A stretch of 64,000 nt of DNA from Macrostomum lignano (Eukaryota). The stretch spans positions 248,001-312,000 of the forward strand of contig NIVC01000169.1 of assembly GCA_002269645.1 (NCBI GenBank). Reading direction: 5' to 3'. Under the pieces are notes generated by a model that saw nothing but the letters and a program-made list of their open reading frames with translations, searched no databases and was not told the origin of the DNA. The position numbers and the translations under genes are program-made. The number at the start of each line of letters is the position of its first letter. Within the stretch, counting starts at the first letter, position 1. Shown here piece after piece: positions 1-11,982 of the stretch.

Positions 1-168
1 TTTGCATCGTTGACGACTCCAGCTGGCAATTCTGCCGCTGTTCTGACTCAATTTTGATGTTTCTGCAGTTCCTTATTTAATAAATGAAATCGCATTCCTC
101 AGACCATAAGGGACACCATCTGCTAGACAGATACAAGTAAGGCCACATATACGCATCCCGCACCGCAG

Positions 169-424
169 ATTCCGCTGGCAGAGAACCAACGCTCTCCTCG
201 GTCACAGCCTAGCGCACCTGGACTGGGACATTCCGAGCTGCGCGCGGCCCGGCACCTACCGCCTGCTGCACACCGGCTGGTACAAGCCCGTGCTGCTCTG
301 GCAGAAACCGCGCCAATTCAGCGGCGCTACGCGCGAATTTCAAGTCAAGAGCAGCAGTGCCAGACAGGCCACAGGCCAGGTTCGAGATGTGATCAACGAC
401 ATGTTCGGTTCTGGATGCAATTAG
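169..424 (+). CDS. ASAH2: Terminal coding exon of a neutral/alkaline non-lysosomal ceramidase (C-terminal domain); gene begins before the window
   Basis: After acceptor ccgcag (167-168) the frame reads FRWQRTNALLGHSLAHLDWDIPSCARPGTYRLLHTGWYKP...FSGATREFQV...GCN*. This matches the recalled neutral ceramidase C-terminal pattern F.W...LG.S.A...W.IP....PG.YR....G..K...F.G.S..F.V. Stop TAG at 422-424. Confidence 0.75.
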
Positions 425-2841
425 ACGTTTATGTTGAGCTTTTGGTTCGACCCTCAGATACTACAAAATTAGATTGGGCCACTGGGGCACATTTGCTTGG
501 CATTATACAGCTGGCCCTACTTTCAGCTCAGTAGCAAGTAAGAATTAAAAAGCTATTTTATGAAAATAGAGGCGATTGGAGTTGACTTGTAGACGTAAAC
601 AGCACTAGCCAGCCACAGTGAAAATGTTCGGGGCAGCTTCAAGGTAAAACACCGATATTTGTGTGGCGGAAAGACGCGGTCGGGGGAGTTATGCTACACC
701 AGAAGCCTAAACTACATTAAAATACTTATGCGACACTTTCTACTGAACTGAAAGTAGCTTATACGCACATTTTGCTGAGTGGCCCATCTGGTTATTCTTA
801 TAGTATCTGTTGTTCGACCTCTGCTTCTCTATTAAAAATAAAAAAACAGTTAAGTTTCCTTTCGTTTCACTGCGGCGGCAGGAATTTGAATTGATAATAA
901 AATTCCGTTCCGTTCGAGGAAGGCTTGCTTCGATTGCAAAATTTCAGAAGCAAAAAAAATATCTTTGCTTAATTTTCTTTTAAAAAGAAGTAGTAAAATA
1001 TCTTAAAATTATACCAGGCTATCCTGGTATCTAACATTTAACATCTAACATTTAGATCCTAACAACGCGCAAAGCTTATCTAGTTCATCAACATCCATAT
1101 AGCGTGCCTAATATAATCAGATATCCAACATAAGATGTATGTTACTAATTATCGCAGAACAATGCAGTTACCATGCAGAGTTCTAACTGGGCTTGGGGAG
1201 TCACGCCGGAAGTTGTCTGCGGAGTCACCCGCTCGTTGGCTTATGGCCGTAATGTCATGAGCATAAAGCTAATATGTTGGGTGAACTACAAGTTCGCACT
1301 TTCAGTCTGAAAGAAGATTCGAGTTTCGAAAATTCTATATATATGACTATTGTTATAAACTTTTTGTAATTTTGAAAGAGAGCAATATGATCAGATAGAT
1401 CACGGTCCTTTGTATTCCCGAACACAGAAAACAACGATAATTTATTGTTGATTTGCCTGCATCGTGTTAAAATCCAATTCTCGTTTTTTATTCAACGCAG
1501 TTAGGATTTCTATTTGCATTGTAGTACACCCCTAAATTATGCAGCTCTGAGCTCTGTAGCTTTTTTGATCGCCAATTTAAATTTGCCCTAGATGCACTAG
1601 ATTAAACAGATTTATAACTTAAGAAAGGAAATCTGCAAAAAGTGATCTATAGGCCTATCAGAAATATATTCGAGCCTTTTCATAACGTCACCAGACTTAG
1701 CGAAGGCAAAATACGAGACTGCAAGATTTTATTTAATCCTGAGAGCGATAAACATATCTTATTATTATTTAACCATATGAATTCAAGTCTAAGAAAAAGC
1801 CGAAGTTTTCGAGGGTTATTTAACCTTTTTATTAAACTGTTGGTTTTAATTAAAAACGCTTAAAAGTAAATTAGCTATCTGGGTTTTACTCTTTGTAAAA
1901 CATCATTTGAAGTTAAATATCAAGTGTTTGTTAATCTATACTACGTTGTCATAGAAGTTGTAGACGCATCGTTTAAAGTGCATTCAAAATGAAGAGGTCG
2001 TTGGAAATTAGCACGAAAACTTAAAGAACTAAAAGCAGTCTTGCCTTCAGATGAAGTTATCCGTCTGGCTTTTTAGACAGATTTTTGTTCACTGTTTTTA
2101 GTTTTCTCACTTTTTTCAAAGGCTCTGCACAAATGTCTAATAGTTATTGTGTTGGTATATGCTACTAAGTATATTTTCTTCGAGAAGTTCGAGAATTTTC
2201 ATTACTTTATGTATAAGCTTTTTTACCAAAATCCATTTTATAGCTAGTCAGCTAGATTAGAACAATATAAACAATTAAAAGTAAAATAAAATAAAAGCAT
2301 AGAATTACCCATGAACATTTCTATTATAAAAATAAAAGTAATAATTATATAGGGCCTACATAGAAATTTTTGTTGAATGATTTTACACACATTATTGCAT
2401 TTCTTTACTCTATTTATATTAAAATATATTATTATTTCAAAGTTCTTACTTGAATTGTCGAGTTTTTATAAAACACTTTTGGTTGTGATACTTTCATGTC
2501 TTATTTACAGAAGCGTTTTATTTGTATAAAACAGTAATTTAAATTCCATTATATAATTAGAGAAGCTTAAGATCTAACTAGAGTTATTTCCAAGTTTTTT
2601 GTTTATAGCAAATATTTAGGCAAATTTGCTATATTTGTATTTTAGTAAGAGCTAAAAATACTCATCTCTTTAAAGTCGAGTCAACTTTTTCAATCGCAAG
2701 TCTAACAGAGCCATATTTTATTATTTCTAAAAGAAATTGAAAGAAAGTATAATTCCTGAAGATTTTTAAAGAAATTCTATACTTATTTGCAAATTATTCA
2801 AATTTCTTTTGTGGTCTCAAATAACTGATGCGCCAGCTGGA

Positions 2842-5800
2842 ATGCCCATCGCCAGGGAGCGAATCGATTCGCTGCAAATCTGCAAGCTGATACAATGCGT
2901 CCGCGACAGGAACCGGGACCAAATTCGCAAACTCGTGGCCAGCGGCATCCCGCAGCTGGTCAACTACGGAGAGCCGCAGGATGGCGAGACACCGCTGATT
3001 GTGGCGGCCAAGGAGAACGACGAGGATATGGTTGAGGTGGGGTTGGGGGTTGGCTGAACTGCCTGCCTGCATTGTCAATGTGCGCTTAAACAGAGTATGC
3101 AACAATCAGGTACTTCTCGCTGATGATGGACAGACCAGAACGAAATTGCACTGCTATCTGTTCGCTGTTAGACACTATGAAGCATGTCTCACACTAATTC
3201 CTTCAAGTTCCCTTAGCAACCCCGCCTAGCCGCTCCATCATCTCTTCCCTACGCTCACAGTTCCTCATCAAGGAGATGGGTGCCCTGCCAGACTTCGGCG
3301 ACCGCGGCGGCGTGACGCCCGCGATGCGCGCAGCAGAGCAGGGCTTCGTGCAAGCGCTGGAGGCGCTGGCCAAAGCTGGCGCCGATATGAAAGCGCGCGA
3401 TTCGTCAGGAAAAAGTGAGTTGGAAAATTATCAACTAGAAAAAAGCTAGCCTACGCACTTAAAACTTGAATGATGCATGCGCAAATGCATTCACTGACGC
3501 AGAGATGCATGTTGCTGCATTTTACCGAATCAAGCCCTTTGCCATGATATTTTACCTGAAACCTACAAAATTTTACGCGACTGACATTTGCAGATTTCTA
3601 GCTGTTTTCTAATACCGTGGTTTGTTTAATGAGGCATCTGTGAAATCTTTAGCCTCAACTGTTTAAGATCACTCTCATGTTACAGTTCTGTGGGTCCGTT
3701 TTATTTCGAAGAATCACCAGTTGAATCACTTTGCTATTTTGTTTTAAATTTACTGGTATTAGTTATTACTTTGGCTCACTTTGTATTTGTTATTTTTAAA
3801 CACCGAGTTGCTTCATCTGGAGACAGTAAATGTATATCAGGGAGGCAAGGAAGCGGGGATGGCACAGGAGAGGGGGTGGGGAAGGCTGGGTGACGGGGCG
3901 GGATTGTGCAGGAGAGGGGATGGGGAAGGCTGGGTGACGGGGCGGGATTGTGCAGGAGAGGGGGTGGGGAAGGCTGGGTGGCGGGGCGGGATTGTGCAGG
4001 AGAGGGGGTGGGGAAGGCTGGGTGGCGGGGTGGGATTGTGCAGGAGAGGGGATGGGGAAGGCTGGGTGACGGGGCGGGATTGTGCAGGAGAGGGGGTGGG
4101 GAAGGCTGGGTGGCGGGGCGGGATTGTGCAGGAGAGGGGGTGGGGAAGGCTGGGTGGCGGGGTGGGATTGTGCAGGAGAGGGGATGGGGAAGGCTGGGTG
4201 ACGGGGCGGGATTGTGCAGGAGAGGGGGTGGGGAAGGCTGGGTGGCGGGGCGGGATTGTGTAGGAGAGGGGGTGGGGAAGGCTGGGTGGCGGGCGGGATT
4301 GTGCAGGAGAGGGGATGGGGAAGGCGGGGTGGGGGATGGGATTCTTCAGTAGAGGGTAATTAAAAGGACCAGTCTAATTCTGACGCATGTGCATTTCTAT
4401 TCCCAATACGTGTTGTGCAGACGTGCTGTTCTACTGCATCCAGCCCACCGAGCGGCATGCTCAGTGCATGCAGGTGGCGCTAAAACACGAGGCCGACGTC
4501 AATTCCGCCGCTAACGACGGTCGGACGGCATTTTTCGTCGCCTGCGAGACGGCCGACAAGAATCCGGCCTGCTGCCGGGCGCTGCTGGCCCACGGGGCCA
4601 ACCCGGATGTGGTGCAGCGGGCCAGCAACCGGACCCCGCTGATGGCCGCCTGCGCCAGCGGCAGCGCCGAAGTGGCCCTGGCGGCGCTGATGGGCGGCGC
4701 GGACCCGAACCGGGTGGACAAGAAGAGCTGGACAGCGGCGCACTACGCGGCCAAGGGAGGCCACCTGAGCTGCCTGGTTGCCCTGTCCGGCTACGGAGCC
4801 AATTTTGACGCCTACGACCTGCGCCAGTGCAACCCGGTGCACGAGGCGGCCGCGGCGGACCGGGCGCTGTGCATCAAGTTCCTCGGCCAGCGAGGCTGCA
4901 ATCCGAAGCCGAAGAACGCCGACGGCGAGACTCCGCGAGTGATCGCTAAGGACAAAGGCTTCAAGGAGTGCCTGAAAGAGCTACGCAAGGTGGAGAAGTC
5001 CTACGGCCGGGCCGGGCGGAACTGCGAGCGCTGGGCGCTAGCGCTGTACGACTGGACGGTGGTTCGGGGCGCCGATCTTCAGGCGCGGCTGCAGGCGGAG
5101 TTTGACACGTCCGGCTCTGGCCAGGTGACTCTGGAGGACGCGGCGCAGACGATGCTGGCGCTGGGGGCCCCGTGGACCGAGGACTGCGCCAAGAAGCTCG
5201 GGCCGCTGTACGACAAGGCCAAAAACGGCTCGTTCGACTATCGCGACTTCCTGCTGGCGAAGAAGTACATCAACAAACTCTACCTCATGTCTGCGTACGA
5301 GCCGAAGCAGAAGAAGGGCAAAGGCAAGAAAGGCAAGGGTGGCCGAAAGAAGAAGGCCAAGTATCCGTTCGAGATCTGCGTGATGCCAGACGAGCAGATG
5401 TTGCGCACGGCTGAGGGCGGCCCTCCCATCATGTTCGTGCCGCAGGTCAGCAACGTCACCGACGCAGAGCGCTTCGACCGGGACCGGCCGCCTGCTCACC
5501 CGCTGCAGGACGACTCCGCCTGGTACGTGGCCGCGCCCGCCCACACCTTCGTCAACATCAACGACGCGGCGAAACACGGCGATCTGGACTCTATTAAGCT
5601 GGCTCTGCAGAAGGGCTACAGCACTGAGACGCGGGACCGCCTGTTCAAGACGCCGCTGATGGTGGCCGCTCACTATGGCAACATGGAGGTGGCCAAGTTC
5701 CTGTTGGAGGCTGGGTGAGCATCGGCTTCTGTGTGTCTTGTGTGATGACGTCAGTGACGCAAAACAAAAGTCCAAAACACAAAGGCTAAGCATCCCAGGA

Positions 5801-7752
5801 CCAGAAGAAACCTCACAAGAGTTAGGGGAAATTGCCCAACTCGGAATACAACTAAAACATGAAATGCCGGTGCCTACACCGAGCTGCTACAGACAATCAG
5901 CTGTTACAGACACACAGCTGTTACAGACACCCAGCTGTTACAGACACCCAGCTGTTACAGACACACAGCTGTTACAGACACCCAGCTGTTACAGACACCC
6001 AGCTGTTACAGACACACAGCTGTTACAGACACCCAGCTGTTACAGACACCCAGCTGTTCCAGACACCCAGCTGTTACAGACACCCAGCTGTTACAGACAC
6101 CCAGCTGTTACAGACACACAGCTGTTACAGACACCCAGCTATTACAGACACCCAGCTGTTACAGACACACAGCTGTTACAGACACCCAGCTGTTACAGAC
6201 ACCCAGCTGTTACAGACACACAGCTGTTACAGACACACAGCTGTTACAGACACACAGCTGTTACAGACATCCAGCTGTTACAGACATCCAGCTGTTACAG
6301 ACACCCAGCTGTTACAGACACACAGCTGTTACAGACACACAGCTGTTACAGACACCCAGCTGTTACAGACACCCAGCTGTTACAGACACCCAGCTGTTAC
6401 AGGAAGAATCAACAATCAGAAAACGTCACTATCCATATTAATTTAGAGCCGATGTGAATGCACGCGACAATTTCAAATGGACGCCGCTGCACCACGCCTG
6501 CCACGCTGGCCTGATCGATATGGTCGAACTGCTGCTGAAGAACGGCGCCAACATTGAAGCCGTGGCGCTGAATGGAGCCACACCGTTGCTGCGAGCTATC
6601 GAGACGTCAAATCTCAACCTAGTGGAGTTCCTGCTCAAACAAGGAGCTAAAGCGTCTATTGAGACCAAGACAGGTGAATGAAATGTTGCAACTCAACACC
6701 AAAAAAGACTTATTCAGTCAGCTGTTTAACCCAGCTTTTCTGTTCTCACTCGTATATTTCAAAAAGTTTGTTTTTCCTGTTAAGAATTTCAGGTTTTCTG
6801 TGCGCGTTTGGGGCTGGCCCCGATGGGTGGGAATCGCACGACAGCCCCCCCCCCCGGCCAATTTTCGTGCACAAGCCCCAAATGAAAGCGTTTGCTCAAG
6901 AGGTACTGATGGGACCAGCGAAGACCTTTGACTTTTCATCTGACCTCTACATTTCAGGCGAGATGATTCACGAAGTGGTGCAGATCTGGGGCTCGGCAGA
7001 GGTGATCGATTTCATTCGCACCAAATTTCCTATCGAAGCGGCCAAGGATGGCAAAGGAAAAGGCGGCAAGGGCGGCGGCAAAGGCGGCGGCAAAAAGGGC
7101 GCGGCAGGCGGCGGCAAAAAGAGCGCCAAAGGGAAGGTGAGGAAACCTAACATATCACAGTGATTTCATGGATTAGATGTGAGTAAAATGCTGTCAGATA
7201 TTTCCAGACCAACCCTCGTGCGTACTCGGTGTATACACTGCTACTGCACTCCACCACGCTCTGATACAATGCACATCTTTATTGCTTGATGTTACATGCA
7301 GTCCCTAGTCCTATCCTTAATATACCTAGAAGTATATTAAGGATATACTTAGAAGACTATTCCAATCCTTAACTCAACTCGTCTCAACTCGACTCCCATC
7401 TCAGGGCAGCGCAAAAGGCAGCGAAGGCGGGGCGCGCCGTCTCGCCGACAGCATCGTCCAGGCGCCAGCGCCGGCACCGCGCATCGAAGACGAAGAGGAG
7501 GCGCACATCCGGCGGAAGGCTCGCATTCTGCACGACGCCAACGCACTAGACGGAGGCTACGAAGAGGCCGAGGACGTGACAGCGCACCCGAAAGGCCACT
7601 GGCTGGAGCAGCCGGACACCGGGTCCCTGCTGGCGTCGAAGTCGCGCTACCGCCAGCGATTCGGCTGGGAGAGCGACTTTCCCGACTATAGAAACCCGTT
7701 CCAGCGCAACATCTGGAGCAAGCTGGAGGTGGAGGGAGCGGCCGAGGATTGA
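2842..7752 (+). CDS. ANKEF1: Ankyrin repeat and EF-hand domain-containing protein 1, 6 exons, about 798 aa
   Basis: Exons 2842-3036, 3261-3414, 4421-5714, 6447-6673, 6958-7136, 7405-7752. All junctions are GT-AG and phases are consistent (2397 nt). The protein follows recalled ANKEF1 colinearly: LQICKLIQCVRDR, VLFYCIQPTERH, ankyrin repeats, EF-hand-like region, GGPP..VTDAERFDRDRPPAHPLQDDSAWY, NFKWTPLHHAC, and C-terminal DFPDYRNPFQRNI. Confidence 0.93.
3855..4340 (+). repeat. G-rich minisatellite, 43-bp unit, ANKEF1 intron 2
   Basis: gggattgtgcaggagagggggtggggaaggctgggtggcgggc repeated about 11 times. Confidence 0.92.
5880..6400 (+). repeat. 17-bp minisatellite, ANKEF1 intron 3
   Basis: cagctgttacagacacc repeated about 30 times. 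Confidence 0.92.
6810..6895 (-). mobile_element. Fragment of the tRNA-derived SINE family, in ANKEF1 intron 4
   Basis: gaatcgcacgacagcc...ttcgtgcacaagccccaaatg matches the copies at 44.6 kb and 24.0 kb. Confidence 0.55.
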
Positions 7753-7794
7753 TTGCCTCTCCGTGTGGCCCTCGGCTAACCATATTTAAACAGT

Positions 7795-8305
7795 AATGTA
7801 CAGTGTGGGGTAAAGTGCAGGCCAGTCTGGTTGATAAATAATGTACAGTGTGAAGGGGGTGGGTGCAGGCCAGTCTGGTTGATAAATAATGTACAGTGTG
7901 AAGGGGGTGGGTGCAGGCCAGTCTGGTTGATAAATAATGTACAGTGTGAAGGGGTGGGTGCAGGCCAGTCTGGTTGATAAATAATGTACAGTGTGGAGTA
8001 GAGTGCAGGCCAGTCTGGTTGATAAATAATGTACAGTGTGAAGGGGGTGGGTGCAGGCCAGTCTGGTTGATAAATAATGTACAGTGTGGAGTAGAGTGCA
8101 GGCCAGTCTGGTTGATAAATAATGTACAGTGTGTAGGGGGTGGGTCAGGCCAATCTGGATGATAAATAATGTGGAGTGTGGAGTAGAGTGCACGCCAGTC
8201 TGGTTGATAAATAATGTACAGTGTGTAGGGGGTGGGTCAGGCCAATCTGGATGATAAATAATGTGGAGTGTGGGGTGGGTGCAGGCCAGTCTGGAAGGAT
8301 AAATA
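7795..8305 (+). repeat. About 48-bp minisatellite just 3' of the ANKEF1 stop
   Basis: tgtacagtgtgaagggggtgggtgcaggccagtctggttgataaataa repeated about 11 times. Confidence 0.9.
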
Positions 8306-9657
8306 ATTCCGAGTGCAGATGGGGCGTGGTCTGAGACTAGAAAATAGAAAAATAAATCATGAATTAGCAACGAAAGTTATAGCAAAACAAAATATTATAT
8401 AACTTCCCAGCTTTGGTAAACAATTCCCGTGTCTATGATTCACATTTGCCGTATTTACTCGACTTATTTCACACTGACTGCGTATGCCAAACCACAGATT
8501 GAACAGTACTGCACAAACTTGCGAATTTGCATGCAGATAGCTTTGTATTGACTAACTAATGTGCATACTTTTGTCTTGCAAATTTAAAATATACCCGTTA
8601 CTGAGTTTGCTGTCTTAGTTTTGTTTTTTTTCTATTGAGTTGTTTAAAACAGTTCATAAAGTTGAAATAAACAATTTTATAGTTTCACTGTTATTTTCAA
8701 TGCTTAATTTAGTTTGAAACCCGAAAAAGATCATATTCCGCTACATTTTTGGTGAAATAGTTAAAAAAACCCAATTCAAATTGGCGCCAAAATGTGCGAT
8801 TGTTAAACCATCCTTAACTATCCTGAAAACTATTATTAACACAACCAAAAACGATTTATTGAATCCTGAAAGTACACTTTGGACGTGTTTTGAAACGATT
8901 GTTTAGGACTGTTTTTTTTGGCGCGAGTTTAAATTTGATTTTCTTAACAAACGGGGTGGACCCGCGACCAAACCAGACACGCTTTCGACTAACGGGCTAG
9001 AAGTGAAGATCAAAACCGGAAAAAATCGGACACATTAAATATATTCACTCCGATCATTATGTACAGTATATTGGATGGCATGCGTTACACCAAGTTTACA
9101 TGTACTCTGGTACATCATATCGGGAGCAAACAATTTTGTCACTATAACATCGTCTAGCTTCCGATTAAAATCCGGTTACTCAAATTTCGGTTAAGGCCGG
9201 CCTAGTAGCCCCGCTGGTTCAAGATTGAGCAAAGCAATTTACAGTCGGTTCAGAACCATGTTTAACAATAGAACTACCAAAAGGGGGAATTCGATCCCCC
9301 CACCCTGACAATTTTTTTGCTGCGCTTAGCTGAGATTAGCTGAGGATGTCCAACGGTCGACACTTGCCCGTTGTCAAAGCTTGATCAGCGAAACTAGAGA
9401 AATTCGCATCAAGGTGTTCAGTTCAAGCCATGAACCACCTGAGCCACCTGTTGAAGGAGCCTGGGTGAAGGACAGTGACCAACGAAGTCAGGGCTGATGC
9501 AGACACATGTGGTCGACGTGCTGATGGAATTTGGAGGCTTGGCTTGAACCTTTAGTAGTTAGGGTGTTTGAAGAAAATACTCAAACATACTCAAAAATAC
9601 TCATGATTTTAAAGTGAGAACCTGTTTTCACCATCTATGGCATATAATTTCAAGCAT

Positions 9658-10300
9658 TATTCCTTTTTGCGGCCTAGTTGGTACTGCAAGCTTTCAATTT
9701 AATCAAAGATACGGAAATCAGACTTGCGAGACTGTAAATTTTCGGTCTATGGTCGACACTCGCTGGCATAGCGGAGTTCAATTTAATCCTGGGAGCATCA
9801 ATTTGATCATTCTATGCATTCAATGCACATTTTTACTGTCAGCGAAACCTGTTTTTAACTTGTTTTTACATCATATGATCTTCGGAGTCAGTCAGTCAGT
9901 CGGCAGTCAGGTTCCAGATGTCCATCAATGATGTGGTGCAAAATGCGGAAGCTGGTACCGGCAGATGCTGAGGTTTATTCCAGCCTGCATCGCCGGACAG
10001 CCAGTCAACTAAACATTTTTCGACTCGACAACATCCAGCGCCAAAGCGTTTATTTGTTTATTGTGTAGTTCTGTTTTCAGTTTTTGTCCACGATAAGTAA
10101 GCGAATTTTTTGTTTCAACACAGGATATCTAAGGCTATATGATTAGAATGATCAAATTGATGCCCCCGGGATTAAATTGAACTCCGCTATGCCAGCGAGT
10201 GTCGACCATAGACAGAAAATTTTCAGTCTCGCAAGTCTGATTTCCGTATCTATGATTGAATTGAAAGCTTGCAGTACCAACTAGGCCGCAAAAAGGAATA
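9658..10300. mobile_element. MITE-like foldback element with about 157-bp terminal inverted repeats
   Basis: 9658-9814 (tattcctttttgcggcctagttggtactgcaagc...gatcattcta) is the near-perfect reverse complement of 10144-10300. TA at both ends is a possible TSD. No coding capacity. Confidence 0.75.
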
Positions 10301-10307
10301 TTGTAAA

Positions 10308-10890
10308 TACACCATTTTACCTCCTATTTTGAACAAAGTCTTGTTAAAAAAAACAAGCAGAACTTCAATTCAAACGCTTTAAGAAATAACAGCCCTTGCG
10401 GAAATTCAAATCAAACAAAGTCCCTTTCTATTGAAAGAGAAGAACTTCAATTCAGACTGTCTGTGGCCAAAATTTTCCCCAAATGACGTGCATGCGCAGA
10501 TTTAAAATTCAAAAGAAACAAAGTCACATTCTATTTCGACAGAGATTTTTGCACATAGGTACAAGTACATTTTAGTACATTAATCTACAGTGCGCTATTG
10601 TTTAAGCAACAGTGACAGAGACCGTATCATCAGGGCTGCTGATCGTGGGGATGACTTGTGGAACTGGCGCGCCAACTTGGAGTCAAGAGGTCAACAGCGA
10701 ATACGATTGTGAGGTCAGGGAGAGCGGAAAAGCAGCCTACGAGATTGCGGACACCATTCAGGTCAAGCAAAAGGGACTTTGTTTGATTTGAATTTCCGCA
10801 AGGGCTGTTATTTCTTAAAGTGTTTGAATTGAAGTTCTGCTTGTTTCTTTTGAACAAGACTTTGTTCAAAATAGGAGGTAAAATGGTGTA
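10308..10890. mobile_element. Tc1/mariner-type MITE with about 120-bp TIRs and TA target site
   Basis: TA|CACCATTTTACCTCCTATTTTGAACAAAG... (10308-10427) is inverted with ...CTTTGTTCAAAATAGGAGGTAAAATGGTG|TA (10770-10890). Confidence 0.8.
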
Positions 10891-11442
10891 TAAGTGGCTT
10901 TTATCAGAATTATATACTACATCAGCTCAAGCAAGCCGAAATGAACTCAACCCCTGCTGAGAAAGGTTGCTTCCTGCATTGCCTGACTGATCAACTGCAG
11001 AACTGCAGCTGTGCTTGAGGCAAGCACGGGGGAAGTGGCAGACAACGTACGCGGACCCCAGCGCTGCCATCCTACCATGCAGCTCTTCATTGTTTAGTCG
11101 TGTTCTCATCTCTTCTGCTGCTCAGGCTTTGTCTACCTTTACTCCCGCACCCTCCGCCATCACTGGAGGGATTACACTGGGAGCATTTCTTTTCCCAAAA
11201 GCTGCCTCAACTTCCCGCTCAAGAGAGACAGAGAGTGGGAGAGGGAGAGACGGAAACGTCAGTTGCCATGACAACCAGAGGTAAACAGCTCTCTCGCCGT
11301 ACACTCAGAGGTGAAACCAGGAAGGGAGTTTTCAGTGAAGCAGAAAATTTGCATATCCCTTTAAAACCCGCTGCTCCCCAGTTAAGCAGTATTCCCATAT
11401 TCTATACTGCCCAGATTCTACAACTCACCCCTAGCCAGCAAC

Positions 11443-11982
11443 ATGTCAGCCAGCGGAAGTCAGCTGCGTCAGAGGAGCAACTTGAGCAGCGAGCCGGCCT
11501 ACCAGCCCGCACCCGATGATGACTGGGACCCCAGCATGCCCTACGGCGGCAAGGTGTTTCTAGCCAGGCGCAAGAAGCCGGACCCGTGGTGGGTGACGGC
11601 CATCGAGATCACCGTACTCGTGGGAACGGCCTGTTTCGCCTACTACGCCTATTATTACTTCGATCACCTTCACTTCCACGTGACCAAGGCCTACGCCCAC
11701 ATGGGCTTCAAGGAGGCGCAGCACCAGATCGGCCAGCGCTACCTGCACGGCAAAGGTGTGGAGCAGCACCATCCGGAGGCGATGCGCTGGTTTCACAAGG
11801 CCGCCGAGCAGGGACATCCGCACGCCTCCTACAACCTGGCCGTCGGGCATCTCAAAGGCATCCAGACGGAGCTGAAACGAGGCGACGTTCGGCGTTTTCT
11901 GCACAGCGCCGCTAATCAGGGCATCGCGCAAGCGCACGACATTATTAATGAGGCCTGCGCCAGGGGCGCCTGCGACGACTGA
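11443..11982 (+). CDS. Single-exon protein with one predicted TM helix and Sel1-like (SLR) repeats, 179 aa
   Basis: GC-rich ORF. Hydrophobic segment AIEITVLVGTACFAYYAYYYF is followed by the Sel1 consensus AQHQIGQRYLHGKGVEQHHPEAMRWFHKAAEQGHPHASYNLA. An acceptor-like cccctag lies just upstream of the ATG. Confidence 0.8.
   Translation: MSASGSQLRQRSNLSSEPAYQPAPDDDWDPSMPYGGKVFLARRKKPDPWWVTAIEITVLVGTACFAYYAYYYFDHLHFHVTKAYAHMGFKEAQHQIGQRYLHGKGVEQHHPEAMRWFHKAAEQGHPHASYNLAVGHLKGIQTELKRGDVRRFLHSAANQGIAQAHDIINEACARGACDD

Noticed and set aside
4461-5793. Antisense and alternate-frame ORFs over GC-rich exons (also over SNX13, SLC6 and BICDL1)
   Set aside because: These are expected shadows of high-GC3 coding sequence.
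9330-9520. Short open frame (AEDVQRSTLARCQ...SQG*) after an acceptor-like AG
   Set aside because: Too short, no homology recognised and no linked exons.
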